DNA from: Octopus vulgaris | Lineage: Eukaryota | Assembly: GCA_951406725.2 (NCBI GenBank) | Contig: OX597815.1 | Location: 189,926,001-189,988,000 of the forward strand | Length of the DNA: 62,000 bases | Direction of reading: 5' to 3' | Part shown: piece after piece, positions 1-11,899 of the stretch | Layout of the letters: the number at the start of each line of letters is the position of its first letter | How positions within the stretch are numbered: position 1 is the stretch's first letter | The notes under the pieces: model-generated | What the model saw: only the letters and a program-made list of their open reading frames with translations | Told to the model about the DNA's origin: nothing | Databases searched by the model: none | Translations under genes and position numbers: made by a program

Positions 1-131
1 ACTGGAAAACTATTTGTTCTCATTGAAAATCTATAGATCTATATATCGGTTGATTAATTTCTGTATTAATCTATATCACTAGTTGAAGTCTAAATAGATT
101 ATATGTGTGTTAAAGAAAGCTTATATGTGTT

Positions 132-607
132 CAGAGCTGTGGTTCTCATCACAACCATGTTTTGCCTAGGAACTGCTTTGATTCCAATTTCCCTTTACTG
201 ACCCTCATAAACATTTCATGCTTAAAAAATCTTGTGTTTTTATAATTACAAGGGTGTACTGCAAATTTCCTGGGTTTGGGTAAAAGAAAATACAGGAAGA
301 TCAGTTAATTATGATTTTATTCAACATATACCCCTTTCAGATTCATACACTTATTGCAGCAGCCCTTCAGTTTTTCTAAGCCCCGTAAAAGAACTCAGAA
401 GGTGGGGCCACCAACCAGGCCCCTTTGCAATACCCTTAAAGTCAGGAACTTTTCAGCACCCCCTTATTAGGAATTGTATTTAAAAATTGTTAATCTATTT
501 TGTGTTTTGCAGAAATATAACTAGTTTATTGTACATACATTTTAATAACCAACTCTTACATGGACCCCCAGAGACCACAGGGACCCCAGTTGAGGATCAT
601 AGGTTTA
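132..607. mobile_element. Degenerate hAT/Charlie-like MITE (tentative)
   Basis: Left end CAGAGCTGTGGTTCTCA and right end GGACCCCAGTTGAGGATCAT resemble the CAGTGGTTCTCAA...GGTTGAGAACCACTG ends of hAT MITEs; TIRs are decayed and no TSD is visible. Confidence 0.3.
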
Positions 608-616
608 GGGTATTAT

Positions 617-840
617 GAAACAACAGTAGCCACCAGAGAAATCACATTTGTGAAAAAATACATTTGAAGAGCATTCCAGCTTAACTTTGAATGAGTATTC
701 TGTTGCGTCTGGGGAGGGTCATTTTCTTTTTGTGCCTTATAATTTAACACACTCACCGGTAAAATTTCCACTTATTTCTTATTTTTATTTTCCTAAAATT
801 TTCGTTGCATCTTGCAACCTTTTCAATAGTCTTGACTCTT
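617..840 (-). repeat. Dispersed repeat arm, inverted copy of 3812-4035
   Basis: GAAACAACAGTAG...CAACCTTTTCAATAGTCTTGA is the reverse complement of 3812-4035 (high identity by eye); related to 5390-5707. Confidence 0.85.
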
Positions 841-884
841 GAATGAGCAGACATTATCAAATGAATTCTAGCCATAACTATTTT

Positions 885-1680
885 GTATTTTTAGTTATTT
901 TATTGACTGAGGAGAGCGAAAAGCTTGGATTGATGATTAACTGCCAGAAAACCTTCCCAATGGTCTGTACCAAGAAGGCACAGGTACCTACATGTTGCTT
1001 GATGGTAAATGGCACTGGGATGGAGCAGAAGGACAGTTTCATATATCTGGGAAGTTGGATAACATCAGATGGAAGGTCAGATAGAGACATTGAATGCAGA
1101 ATTGGATTAGCAAAGATGACTTTTATGGATATGAAGAGCATTTTTGTGCAAAGAGAATTGGAATGGAAGTCAAGAAAAGACTAGTGAAGTGCTACATCTG
1201 GTTGGTGCTAACGTATGGGTGTGAGTCTTGGAGAAGAGACTCAGAGCTGCAGAAATGTGGTTTTATAGAAAAATGATTAGAATCTCGTGAGTACAGAGGG
1301 TGACGAATGTGGAAGTGTTGGAGAAGATGAAAGTGAAGAGACAGTCTATGGATACGATCAGAGAGAGTCAGTGGAGATTTGATGGTCATTTTCTCAGAGA
1401 GGATAACAGAACGGAGTGTTACATGGCGGAGATTGAGCTGGTGGAGAGGAGGGCGAGAGGAAGACAGAGAATGAAGTTGTTTGACTGGATGAAGAAGAGA
1501 ACGAACATGCAGAGTGAGAAAGACCTGGATGATGTTGTGAGAGACAGAAATAAATAGAAGAGGAACAAGCCATGATTTATCAAAGGCATGAATGCACCAT
1601 GAAGCAAGAGGAGGAGGAGATGAAGGAGGAGGAGGAGACGAAGGAGGAGGAGGAGGAGGAGAAGAAGAAGAAGAAGAAGA
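885..1680 (+). mobile_element. 5'-truncated, frameshifted RTE-clade LINE (RT C-terminal/thumb region) with GAG/GAA tail
   Basis: Pieces of ORFs 843, 1094 and 1300 join into GLMINCQKT...FIYLGSWITSDGRSDRDIECRIGLAK...KRLVKCYIWLVLTYGCESW...TNVEVL...RRARGRQR, typical RTE motifs; ends in simple repeat 1606-1680. Confidence 0.85.
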
Positions 1681-2004
1681 ATATATTTTATCCAATATTA
1701 TCCAATGTGTCCCTTATTTTAATGGTACAGGTAGAATATAATTTGAAGGAGATTTCATTGCCATTTCTAGAAGACTAAGCAACCACGAAGAGGTACCTCT
1801 GTTAGTTTGTTTACAATGCAGTTGACTTATATGTCGTTCAACTTAACTCAAGGCAATCTGACTCTCTTCCATTTTGTAAAAGATGAAAATGTAATTGCAA
1901 AAGGAATTACTGTTTCATCTCCAGATGTTTAAATCTGCTTTTCTTTCCAGGAATTTGTCAGATATAATTTGCTGGATAGTTAGTTTGATTTCTCTGAAAA
2001 TACA

Positions 2005-2123
2005 ACAGCAGCAGCAACATCATCATCATCATCATCATCACCATCATTATCATCACCACCATCATCACCACCACCATCATCATCATCATCATCACCATTA
2101 TCATCATCACCACCACCACCATC

Positions 2124-2155
<32 letters not shown>

Positions 2156-2182
2156 CATCACCATCATCATCATCACCACCAA

Positions 2183-2214
<32 letters not shown>

Positions 2215-2815
2215 ACACCACCATCATCATCACCACCATCATCATCACCAACACTATCATCATCATCACCACCATCATCACCACCACCATCATCATCACC
2301 ATCATCATCATCACCACCATCATCATCACCACCATCATCATCGTCGTCGTCACCATCATCATCACCATCACCATCATCACCATTATCATCATCATCACCA
2401 CCATCATCATCATCACCACCATCATCACCACCACCATCACCACCACCATCATCACCATCACCATCATCATCACCACCATCATCATCATCACCACCATCAT
2501 CACCCCCACCACCATCATCATCACCATCATCACCACCATCATCATCATCACCACCATAATCACCATCATCGTAGTCATCATCATCATCACCATTATCATC
2601 ATCATCACCACCATAATCACCATCACCATCGTCGTCGTCATCATCATCATCACCATTATCATCATTGTCGTTTTATGTCTGCTTTCCATGCTTGTGTGGG
2701 CTGAATTGCTTGACTGACTGAATCTAACAAGCTGGAGGGTCACATCTTGATGAAATCTCTCAGCTTTCACATGGCTTCTGCAGCAGGTTACTCCTCCTAA
2801 TGCCAACCACTTTAC
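2005..2815 (-). repeat. ~660-bp (CAT/CAC)n tract = expanded tail of a minus-strand family D SINE 3' end
   Basis: The tract runs into CGTTTTATGTCTGCTTTCCATGCTTGTGTGGG, the reverse complement of the family D end CCCATGCTAGCATGGAAAGCGGACGTTAAACGATGATG. Confidence 0.8.
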
Positions 2816-3039
2816 AGAGTGCTTTATTTATTTATTCATTTACTTATCTTTTGGCACCATCTCAGTTGAGGTCACCTTGAAAGTCACAGGAGTCATCAGG
2901 ATCCCTCTTGACTGAGAGGCAGAACAGAAAATAGGAGATAGATTTATGTAAAGTGTTGAAAGGTATATGCGGGGGAGTAAAAAGAATAGCTTTATTTCTG
3001 TGGAAAAGATTCAATGCTACCCTGCATTATATATATAGG

Positions 3040-4035
3040 TGAGTGGCATGGATGGAGTGGTGCCAGAAAAAAGTGATAAAAATAGTGGTGACAAGATGCC
3101 AGAGCATATCCTCAAGGTACCATATCCAAGAAGGTAAATAGAGGAGAATGTGGAGAGAGAAAGGTCAGTCAGAATGGGTAACTGTTGCAAAAGTGAGTGA
3201 TAGGGTGGTGGGAGTGGTGGATTGAAATAGGGATGGAGGTCGTCAGAGATTGAGAAGCAGTGGGTGCAGTGAATAGTGAACAAGGAGAGGGGTGGTTGAT
3301 GGTAAATATGAGGGGGAGGATGATGGCAAGAAAGCAGTAGGGCGGCGAGCTGGCAGAATCATTAACACGCCAGGTGAAATGCTTAGCGGTATTTCGTCTG
3401 CCGCTACGTTCTCAGTTCAAATTCCACCGAGGTCGACTTTTCCTTTCATCCTTTCGGGGTCGATTAAATAACTACCAGTTACGCACTTGGGTCAATATAA
3501 TCGACTTAATCCATTTGTCTGTCCTTGTTTGTCCCTTCTGGGTTTAGCCCCTTGTGGGTAGTAAAGAAATAGGTACTATATCCAAGAAGGTAAATAGAGG
3601 AAAATGTGGAAAGAGAATGGTCAGTCAGAATGGGTAACCGTTTCAAAAGTGAGTGATAGGATGGTGGGAGTGGTGGATTGAAATAGGGATGGAGTTTGTC
3701 AAGCAGTGGGTACAGTTAAATAGTGAACAAGGATAGGAGTGGTTGATGGTAAATATGATGGGGAGGATGATAGCAAGAAAGCAGAACGGATGTCAAAAGG
3801 TAAAGGCTCAGAAGATTCAAGACTATTGAAAAGGTTGCCAAGATGCAACAAAACTTTTAGGAAAATAAAAATAAAAAGTAAGTGGAAATTTTACTGTTGA
3901 GTGTGTTAAATTATAAGGCACAAAAAGAAAATGACTCTCCCCAGACACAACAGAATACTCATTCAAAGTTAAGCTGGAATGTTCATCAAATGTATTTTTT
4001 CACAAATGGGATTTCTGTGGTGACTACTGTTGTTT
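3040..4035 (+). repeat. Longer copy of the same dispersed repeat as 617-840, interrupted by SINE B and a ~220-bp duplication
   Basis: Purine-rich segment 3115-3337 recurs at 3571-3784 and continues into the arm 3812-4035. Confidence 0.65.
3338..3575 (+). mobile_element. tRNA-derived SINE, family B
   Basis: GGCGGCGAGCTGGCAGAA (A-box-like), AGTTCAAATTCC (B-box-like), body GCCTTTCATCCTTTCGGGGTCGATAAAT..AGTACCAG, end GCCCCTTGTGGGTAGTAAAGAAATAGG; many copies in the window. Confidence 0.9.
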
Positions 4036-4044
4036 CCTACCACA

Positions 4045-4290
4045 GGCAGATGGCGTAGTGGTTAAGAGCGCGGGCTTCTAACTGCAAGATTTCGAGTTCG
4101 ATTCCAAGCAGTGACCTGAACAATGATAATAATAATAACATCGAAAAATACCTTAGGAATGAGAACCCAGGTTCAAAATTTCCCCAAGACACCTGAAGAA
4201 GGCTGGAGGGTATATATCAGCCAAAATGTTGTGTTAACAACAAACAAGATGAGGACAAAAAAATATCCATTGAATGTAAATAATAGAAAT
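4045..4290 (+). mobile_element. tRNA-derived SINE, family C, with decayed hammerhead motif (4188-4235)
   Basis: A box TGGCGTAGTGG, B box GAGTTCGATTCC, (TAA)n linker, then ATACCTTAGGAATGAGAACCCAGG...GACACCTGAAGAAGGCTGGAGGGTATATATCAGCCAAAATGTTGTGTT; homologues at 33180, 55975 and 60085/61366. Confidence 0.9.
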
Positions 4291-4915
4291 ATTTCAATTC
4301 AGAGTAAAAATAGATTGGAGGAAATTTAGGTTGAAAGATTCTGAAATTAATGGAAGAATTTTAATGACTTAATAAGGCTGAAAATTCAAAACAATTAAAG
4401 AAAGATATTTTTATTTTTATTTTGGGGATGTAATTTACTGTAAAACAGATTCAGTGATCAAGAAAATTTAATCTGGTACAGTTTTACTGAGAAAGTTTAT
4501 TATTTAACCTTTAGCAATAACCTCTGTCCTTTTTTTTTTTTTTTTTTTTTTTTGCAGCTTCTTTTCCTGTTGTTACAAAAACCTATTGTTGTACTATACT
4601 TTAAACTTTCCTGTGCTACTTTATCTGTTTCATCAACCTTCTTCTGATTATTTCATTATAACCAAGCCAATAAAGGAGCTTCTGTGAAACTGCTTGGCAT
4701 GCTGGAAATGTGTTGTCTAGTTTAACACCAGTAAACTTCAATAAAGATCCCAGCACCAGTGTTGGGTTAACCATTAAACAAAATAAGAACAAGCTCAGGA
4801 CATCAAGTGAAGCAAAGCCTCACAAAAATAGTAAATGGTTTATGGCACAAAAGAAATCACTTTAAACTTGCTAAAATAATATTTAGGATGCCTTATTTCT
4901 ACTAGGTATAGAAGC

Positions 4916-5318
4916 AGGCGCAGGAGTGGCTGTGTGGTAAGTAGCTTGTTTACCAACCACATGGTTCCGGGTTCAGTCCCACTGCGTGGCACCTTGGGCA
5001 AGTGTCTTCTACTATAGCCTCGGGCCGACCAAAGCCTTGTGAGTGGATTTGGTAGACGGAAACTGAAAGAAGCCCATCGTATATATGTATATATATATAT
5101 ATATATGCGTGTATGTGTTTGTGTGTCTGTGTTTGTCCCCCTAGCATTGCTTGACAACCGATGCTGGTGTGTTTATGTCCCCGTTACTTAGCAGTAACGA
5201 GACCAATAGAATAAGTACTGGGCTTACAAAAAGAATAAGTCCTGGGGTCGAGTTGCTTGATTAAAGGTGGTGCTCCAGCATGGCCGCAGTCAAATGACTG
5301 AAACAAGTAAAAGAGTAA
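4916..5318 (+). mobile_element. tRNA-derived SINE, family A (full length)
   Basis: GCAGGAGTGGCTGTGTGG head, GGTTCAGTCCC B-box-like motif, internal (TA)n(TG)n, tail of GTAAAAGA repeats; nearly identical to 27898-28305. Confidence 0.9.
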
Positions 5319-5389
5319 ACAGATTTGTTACATAAGTTTAATTTTGAAAATCCTATCAAAGACTTTGCAATTAAAAAAACTAGAAAGCT

Positions 5390-5707
5390 TCAAATATATT
5401 TCGTTTTTGTATGTGGTTTGCAAGATTCTTTTTGTGAATTCGTGTGTTGAAGCATATTTTATTGTGTCTGGAGAGAGTCATTCTCTTTTAGTGCCTTATT
5501 AATTTAACACACTCACTGGTCTGATTTCCACTCCTTTACTTATTATTTTTTACTAACATTTTCATTACAACTTGCAACTTTTCAATAGTTTTCATTGATT
5601 CTGTCTGGATAGGATCAATGACTATTGAAAAGGTTGCAAGTCGAAATGAAAATGTTAGTAAAGAATAAGTAAATGAGTGGAAATCAGACCAGTGAGTGTG
5701 TTAAATT
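5390..5707. repeat. Dispersed repeat ending in a ~100-bp-arm fold-back (5501-5707)
   Basis: AATTTAACACACTCACTGGTCTGATTTCCACTC...CAATAGT is mirrored by ACTATTG...GAGTGGAAATCAGACCAGTGAGTGTGTTAAATT. Confidence 0.85.
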
Positions 5708-5746
5708 TTCAAATATAAATAAAGTGGAAGCATATACAAAAATAGA

Positions 5747-6197
5747 AGGTGGCACGATGGCAGAAACATTAGCATGCCGGGCGAAATGCTTGACGGTATT
5801 TTGTCTGTCTTTACGTTCTGAGTTCAAATTCTGCTGAGGTTGACTTTATCTTTCGTCCTTTCAAGGTCGATAAATTAAGTACCAGTTATGCACTGGAGTC
5901 GATGTAATCGACTTGATACCTTTGTCTGTCCTTGTTTGTCCCCTTTATGTTTAACCCCTTGTGGGCAATAAAGAAATAAGAAACATTAGCATGCTAGGTG
6001 AAATGCTTAGCCATATTTCGTCTGTCTTTACATTCTGAGTTCAAATTCCGCAAAGGTCGATTTTGCTTTTCATCCTTTCGAGGTCGATAAATTAAGTACC
6101 AGTTATGCACTGGAGTCGATGTAATCGACTTAATACCTTTGTCTGTCCTTGTTTGTCCCCTCAATGTTTAGCCCCTTGTGGGCAATAAAGAAATAAG
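5747..6197 (+). mobile_element. SINE B head-to-tail dimer
   Basis: Two consecutive family B bodies joined at AAGAAA (~5980). Confidence 0.9.
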
Positions 6198-6574
6198 TAT
6201 ACACAAAAATAAATTTTGTTTTCCATCTTATTGTTACATTTGTTTCATTTTTGAAAAGTAAGAATTTATTTTATGGTTTATTATTGTTTATATTTCAAAT
6301 TACATATATATTGGGGTACCAAAATCATTTAAGTGCTTAGGGCCTTTATGGGTCTTAAAATCCAAGCTTGAGTCCCAAAATAATTTGAGTGGAGTTCACT
6401 GTTACAATATCCAGAAAATAAATATCTCCCTCTGTGGGTGACTCGATATCCCTCTCTCCTTTTCCCACTTCATGAGACCCCTGAAAGATCTTACTTATTG
6501 CCCTTCCTTCTCTGATTAAATCATAAAAAAAGGAAGAATACATTAGATAATATGGTCCTAAATGTAATCTTGAC

Positions 6575-6992
6575 AACTGGCATCCGTGCTAGTGGGGTAC
6601 AAAGAGCACCAAAAGAGCACCATATGAAGGTGATCGTTGCCAGAGCAGCCAACTGGCTCCATGCCAGTGGCACATAAAAGGGAAACATTCGAGTGTGATC
6701 GTTACCAGCGTTGCCTTACTGGCACCTGTGCTGATGGCAGGTGTAAAAAGATTCGAGTGAGGTCATTGCCAGTACCGCCTGACTGACCCCCGTGCCAGTG
6801 GCACGTAAAAAGCACCCACTACACTCTCGGAGTGGTTGGTGTTAGGAAGGGCATCCAGCTGTAGAAACTCTGCCAGATCAAGATTGAAGCCTGGTCCAGC
6901 CATCTGGTTCACTGGCCCTCAGTCAAAATCGTCCAACCCATGCTAGCATGGAAAGCGGACATTAAACGATGATGATGATGATGATGATGAAA
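6575..6992 (+). mobile_element. SINE-like family D with internal GTGCCAGTGGCACGTAAAAAGCACC subrepeats and (GAT)n tail
   Basis: CACCCACTACACTCTCGGAGTGGTTGG..AGGAAGGGCATCCAGCTGTAGAAAC...AACCCATGCTAGCATGGAAAGCGGAC..AAACGATGATG. Confidence 0.85.
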
Positions 6993-7224
6993 ATGGTTTA
7001 GATGATCCCAAATGCAATGGCATTGGTCATTCGTTGGTGTGATCGATTGAGGATGACCTGAAGCTAAGCAATAATGACTGTCTCATTCTAATTCACACAT
7101 CTTGAAAGTTTCACTATGTCTGACCTTTCTGTTTTTCTGCATTCAGAAAAAAAAATAATAATCTGTCATTATCAGTGATGACATTCAGAGAGAGAAACAC
7201 TGAAACAACGACTATTAATGACAA

Positions 7225-7640
7225 AAATGTCAGCTCATCATCACCACCACCACCACCACCACCACCATCATCATCATCACCACCACCACCATCACCGCCA
7301 CCACTGCATCATCATCATCACCGCCACCACTGCAACTACCACCATCACCACCACTACCACTGCCATCTTCATCATCACCGTCACCACCACCACCACCACC
7401 ATTTTCATCATCTTCAATGTCACCACCACCACCACCAGCATCATCACCGTCACCACCACCACCATCCTCATCATTGTCACCCCCATCATCATCACCGTCA
7501 CCATCACCACCATCATCACCACCGCCACCACCACCATCATCATCACCGTCACCACCACCACCACTCTTTATCATCATCATCTATAACATTATCCTCCTCA
7601 TCACCATCATTACCAGCATTGCTGCTGCTACAACCAATAC
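7225..7640. repeat. (CAC/CAT)n compound microsatellite
   Basis: Direct inspection; explains the poly-H/T/P ORFs. Confidence 0.95.
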
Positions 7641-7762
7641 CAACCTTCATCGCTTTTGTTGTGGTAGTTATTCTTATTGTTGTTTAATCTCATACCAACC
7701 ATAATCAGTGCTCAAAAACATGTGTCACAAAGTTATTGCTCATATATTTAATGTGACTAGGG

Positions 7763-7975
7763 CAGTGAGCTGGCAAAATTGTTAGTATGTCAGGCCAACA
7801 TGTCAGGTATTTTCATCTATCTTTATATTTTGAGTTCAAATTCTGCAGAGATTGAATTTACCATTCATCCTTTTGAGATCGATAAAATATGTACCAGTTG
7901 TGTACTGGGGTTGATGTAATTGACTTACCCACTCCACTGAAATTGCTGGCCTTGTGCCAAAAATTGAAATCAATA
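7763..7975 (+). mobile_element. Diverged SINE B (alternative 3' end GGCCTTGTGCC)
   Basis: GGCAGTGAGCTGGCAAAA...GAGTTCAAATTC...CATCCTTTTGAGATCGATAAAATATGTACCAG. Confidence 0.8.
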
Positions 7976-10050
7976 TATTTTAATGTGGTGAGAATTAAAC
8001 TGATAACTACAAATAATTATACTTAATGAGTTAAAAAGAAATATTTGACAATGTTTAATGTTATTTTCGTTTCTCTGTCAAATACAGATGACATTTGATC
8101 TATTTCAGCTTATTAGGATCTCATCAGCAAAGTGTTGCCTTCAGTTTCAGAATAAATTAACTGACAATATACACTTGGAAATAAGTGTAAGAGAAAAATT
8201 ATTGACTACATAATAGAGAATTAATTAATCAGAAATCTAATTATGTATGTGAATATATATTTAGCCTAGAACTAAATTATTCTGGGAGATATAATCCCCA
8301 GAATGTGAGTTTGGCAATTAAAGTAAAATTATCTAAATATCAGAACTGTCTATTCTCTCTAAGGCTTATTGTCTTCAAATTATTTGCAAGTAAGACTAAA
8401 TATACCTATGTATTCTCATATGAGATTAATTAATATATAAGTTCTGTGCTGCGTTGCATAATTTAGTCCCAAATCTGGCCTCTCCAGAACCTTGGACTTC
8501 TTCCGCCAGCAGCATCTTCGAACATCAATGCAATAACCCCTTTCCATTCAGCAGATGTGAGGAAAATGTCATTGCTTTAATAATCAAATCAGTTTCTATG
8601 GTATGGAGGGCCATAGAAATTTTCCCATGTCATTCCAGCACAATAAAAATATACTGTTATTACATCAAAGCACCACATTTTCTCAATTATGCCATTTTGT
8701 TTAAAATACCAAAAATATCAAAAAAACTGAAAAGGACAGATAAATCAAAAAGATTCTAAATCTACTAAACATTATTCTATCTTCCATTTTGTTTCATTCC
8801 AAACATAAATTGAATCCTGAGGGAAATATTTTATAATACCACTGTGTTTATTATTTTATTGTGTTCTATTATTTTGCAAGAACACTAACATAATTTACAC
8901 AAAAACTCAAAATCTATCATATTCAATATCCTTTTGCATATAAACTTCAATTCACTCTTGGTTGTTTTCTGCATTTTTTGCTGTCTTTTTTAGGTGTTGT
9001 TTGTTTTTTTTTCATTAAATTCTTTTTTGCTGTTTCATTTTCTTATGCGTTCTGTTTTTATTCCTTGTAACAACACATCAACATAGAGAATAAATACCAA
9101 GATACTGTTACTATTCTGAAACCTCTCTATAATAAACATTCTGCAACTAAATGTTCATAGAATATATGACACACTATTGACAAAAGCTATACTTGAGTTA
9201 TAATAATATTATACAAAGAAGAATCTCTAAGTTTGAAATTTATTTATCAACTGATCAAACAAAACAGCAATTTCTAAAAATATTTTGTATCAATTTTTTT
9301 TTTTTTTATATTTGCTACAAGCAAATAAATCTATTACTTGGGAAAGCATTTCCCATTGTTGATTTATTTATTTTATCATTTCAATTTTTATTACAACAAA
9401 AAGGCTGTCCTTTTTATAACGTATATAAATTTTAGAGAGCGATCTGTTTACATGATTTACATTATTCTTCTTATAACATCAACAATCTGTGTTTGTATCT
9501 TAGAAATTTCAATAAATATCTTCTTTAATCTTCATCAGGTTCTTCCTGTTGAAATTTTTTGACACTGTCTCCCTTTCTCCTTCTGCATTTCTTTCTGTAT
9601 ATTTCTCTCTTTCTCTTTTACTCTTTCTCTTCACCCCTCTCTCTTCTACTCTCCCTCTCTCTCTTTCTTCCTCTCTTGTTTCACATACTTGTATCTTGTG
9701 ATGCATGCGTTCCTATCATTAGGAGTTTATATGGTGGAAAATGTACTTCGGAACAATAAATTACTGAAGGGCATTCACTCAATTTGAAGCAAAAGAGAAA
9801 CAAGAAGACCAGAATAACTGTCGACATTGTGTTTCAATACAAGGCTTTATTCAAAAGGGGTAGAACGATTTGCTGGGATTTTAATGTATGTGCATTCTTT
9901 GAGAGTGCCCTGACATATCAACCTGTTCCACCAATTAAAAATACATTTAACTTCATATATGTGTGTGTATGTGTGTGTTTGTTTATATATATACATATAG
10001 GTATAGATACAGATATATAGATTCATATATATATATATATATATATGCAT

Positions 10051-10845
10051 GAATAGATCAAGATTGAAGCCTGGTGCAGCCATCTGGTTCGCCAGCCCTC
10101 AGTCAAATCATCCATCCCATGCTAGCATGGAAAGCAGACGTTAAACGATGATAATGATGTATATATGTATGTACATATGTGTGTGTAGATTTATAGAGAT
10201 ATATACATATACATACATATATATGTGTGCGCGTGTAAATATAGATAGGTATAGATGCAGACATATATATGATTTATACACAGAGAGGCAAGCCATTAAC
10301 AAGTTGCCTGACATACTAGAAAGAACAGTCAAAATGTCCAAACCACAGTTAAGTTTGGACTTTCTGACTGTTCTTTCTAGTATGTAAGGTGACCTGTTAA
10401 GGCTCACCTCTTTTGTGTTTAAATGTACACTAATTTTTATATGAAAAATATGTCTATTGACTTTGTATACATACTAAGCCACTGGTAGAAAAAATTTCTA
10501 TAATTTTTTCCTATCCTATAGAAATTTAAGAAATATATATATGTATATGTATACATTTGTATACATTTTCTTGACAGGCCCTTCTATATATTTTGTATTT
10601 TTATGCACATATATATTTTTTACCATTAGTGTTTATATATGTATTCCTTTTATATATTGAATATATATATACACACACATATACGATGGGCTTCTTTCAG
10701 TTTCCATCTACCAAATCCACTCACAAGGCTTTTGTCGGCCCGAGACCATAGTAGAAGACACTTGCCCAAGGTACCACACAGTGGGACTGAACTCAGAACC
10801 ATATTGCTGGTAAGCAAGCTACTTACCACACAGCCACTCCTATGC
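10051..10845. mobile_element. SINE D 3' end (10051-10160, +) and SINE A 5' half (10680-10845, -) among TA/CA repeats
   Basis: Direct matches to the family D and family A consensus seen elsewhere in the window. Confidence 0.85.
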
Positions 10846-11324
10846 CTTAATTATAATTATGTTTTTCTTTAAAAAAATATAGACAGTGCTGAAGTCGAAC
10901 CCAAGGCCCTAGACAAGTATAACAGATACAATAGAAAATGTTCAAATCAGGCAGACTATGATTAACACATAAATATACAGGTTTAATTAGGATAAAATAA
11001 GAATTGTCCAATCTGAAACAGATATTGATATTTTAGAAATATAAAAATATAGAAATATTTAAAAAAATAGAAATATTAAAATATAGAAATATAAAAAATA
11101 TATGAATACTAATAGTATATATGGACATAGAGATGTATAGATATGTCAACATAATAATAACAGAATATAGATAAAAATAATAATGGAATATAGGAAAAAG
11201 ACGTTTTTAAAAATTCAAAATATAATATAGAGAAAATAACAGGCATTAAAGAGTTTTTGGTAACGTGGTAGAGGAAAATATAATGATTTGAACTTTTTCT
11301 ATTGTATATGTTACACTTATGTGT

Positions 11325-11367
<43 letters not shown>

Positions 11368-11370
<3 letters not shown>

Positions 11371-11748
11371 AGGCACAATGGCCCAGTGGTTAGGGCAGCG
11401 GACTCGTGGTGATAGGATCATGGTTTCAATTCTCAGACTGGGCGTTGTGAGTGTTTATTGAGTGAAAACACCTAAAGCTCCTTGAGGCTCCAGCAGGGGC
11501 TGGTGGCAAACCCTGCTGTACTCTTTCACCACAACTTTTTCTCATTCTGTCTTCCTGTTTCTGTTGTACCTGTATTTCAAAGGGCCAGCCTTATCACACC
11601 CTGTGTCATGCTGAATCTCTCACCAAAACTATGTTAAAGGTACACGTGTTTGTGGAGTGCTCAGCCACTTGCACATTAATTTCCCAAGTGGGCTGTTCTA
11701 TTGATTGGATCAGCTGGAACCCTCATTGTCATAACCGGTGGAGTGCCA
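11368..11748 (+). mobile_element. tRNA-derived SINE, family E
   Basis: GGAGGCACAATGGCCCAGTGGTTAGGGCAGCGGACTC head after (GT)n; homologues at 51105-51415 (-) and head fragment 34735-34785 (-). Confidence 0.85.
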
Positions 11749-11899
11749 CGATAAATATATATCTATTTATATGTATGCCTGTGTGAGTGTGTATGTTATT
11801 CTCTCTCTCTCTTTATCATGACTTTATGTGGTTGTTGTAAATGAAAGTCACTCTCATACAAGTGGTCTACTTCTTTTCCAGCCTTCTAGGGAGACATGT

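Noticed and set aside
1895-2806. 269-aa poly-His ORF and 282-aa antisense Met/Val ORF
   Set aside because: Both are readings of a (CAT/CAC)n tract attached to a SINE end; triplet repeats lack stops in several frames.
4045-4110. tRNA-like sequences at SINE heads (also 11368, 27898, 61510)
   Set aside because: They have A/B boxes but no complete acceptor stem and run into repeat bodies, so they are not tRNA genes.
4530-4660. Poly-T plus GCAG as a splice acceptor or retrocopy poly-A
   Set aside because: Following frames close quickly, with no convincing donor or TSD.
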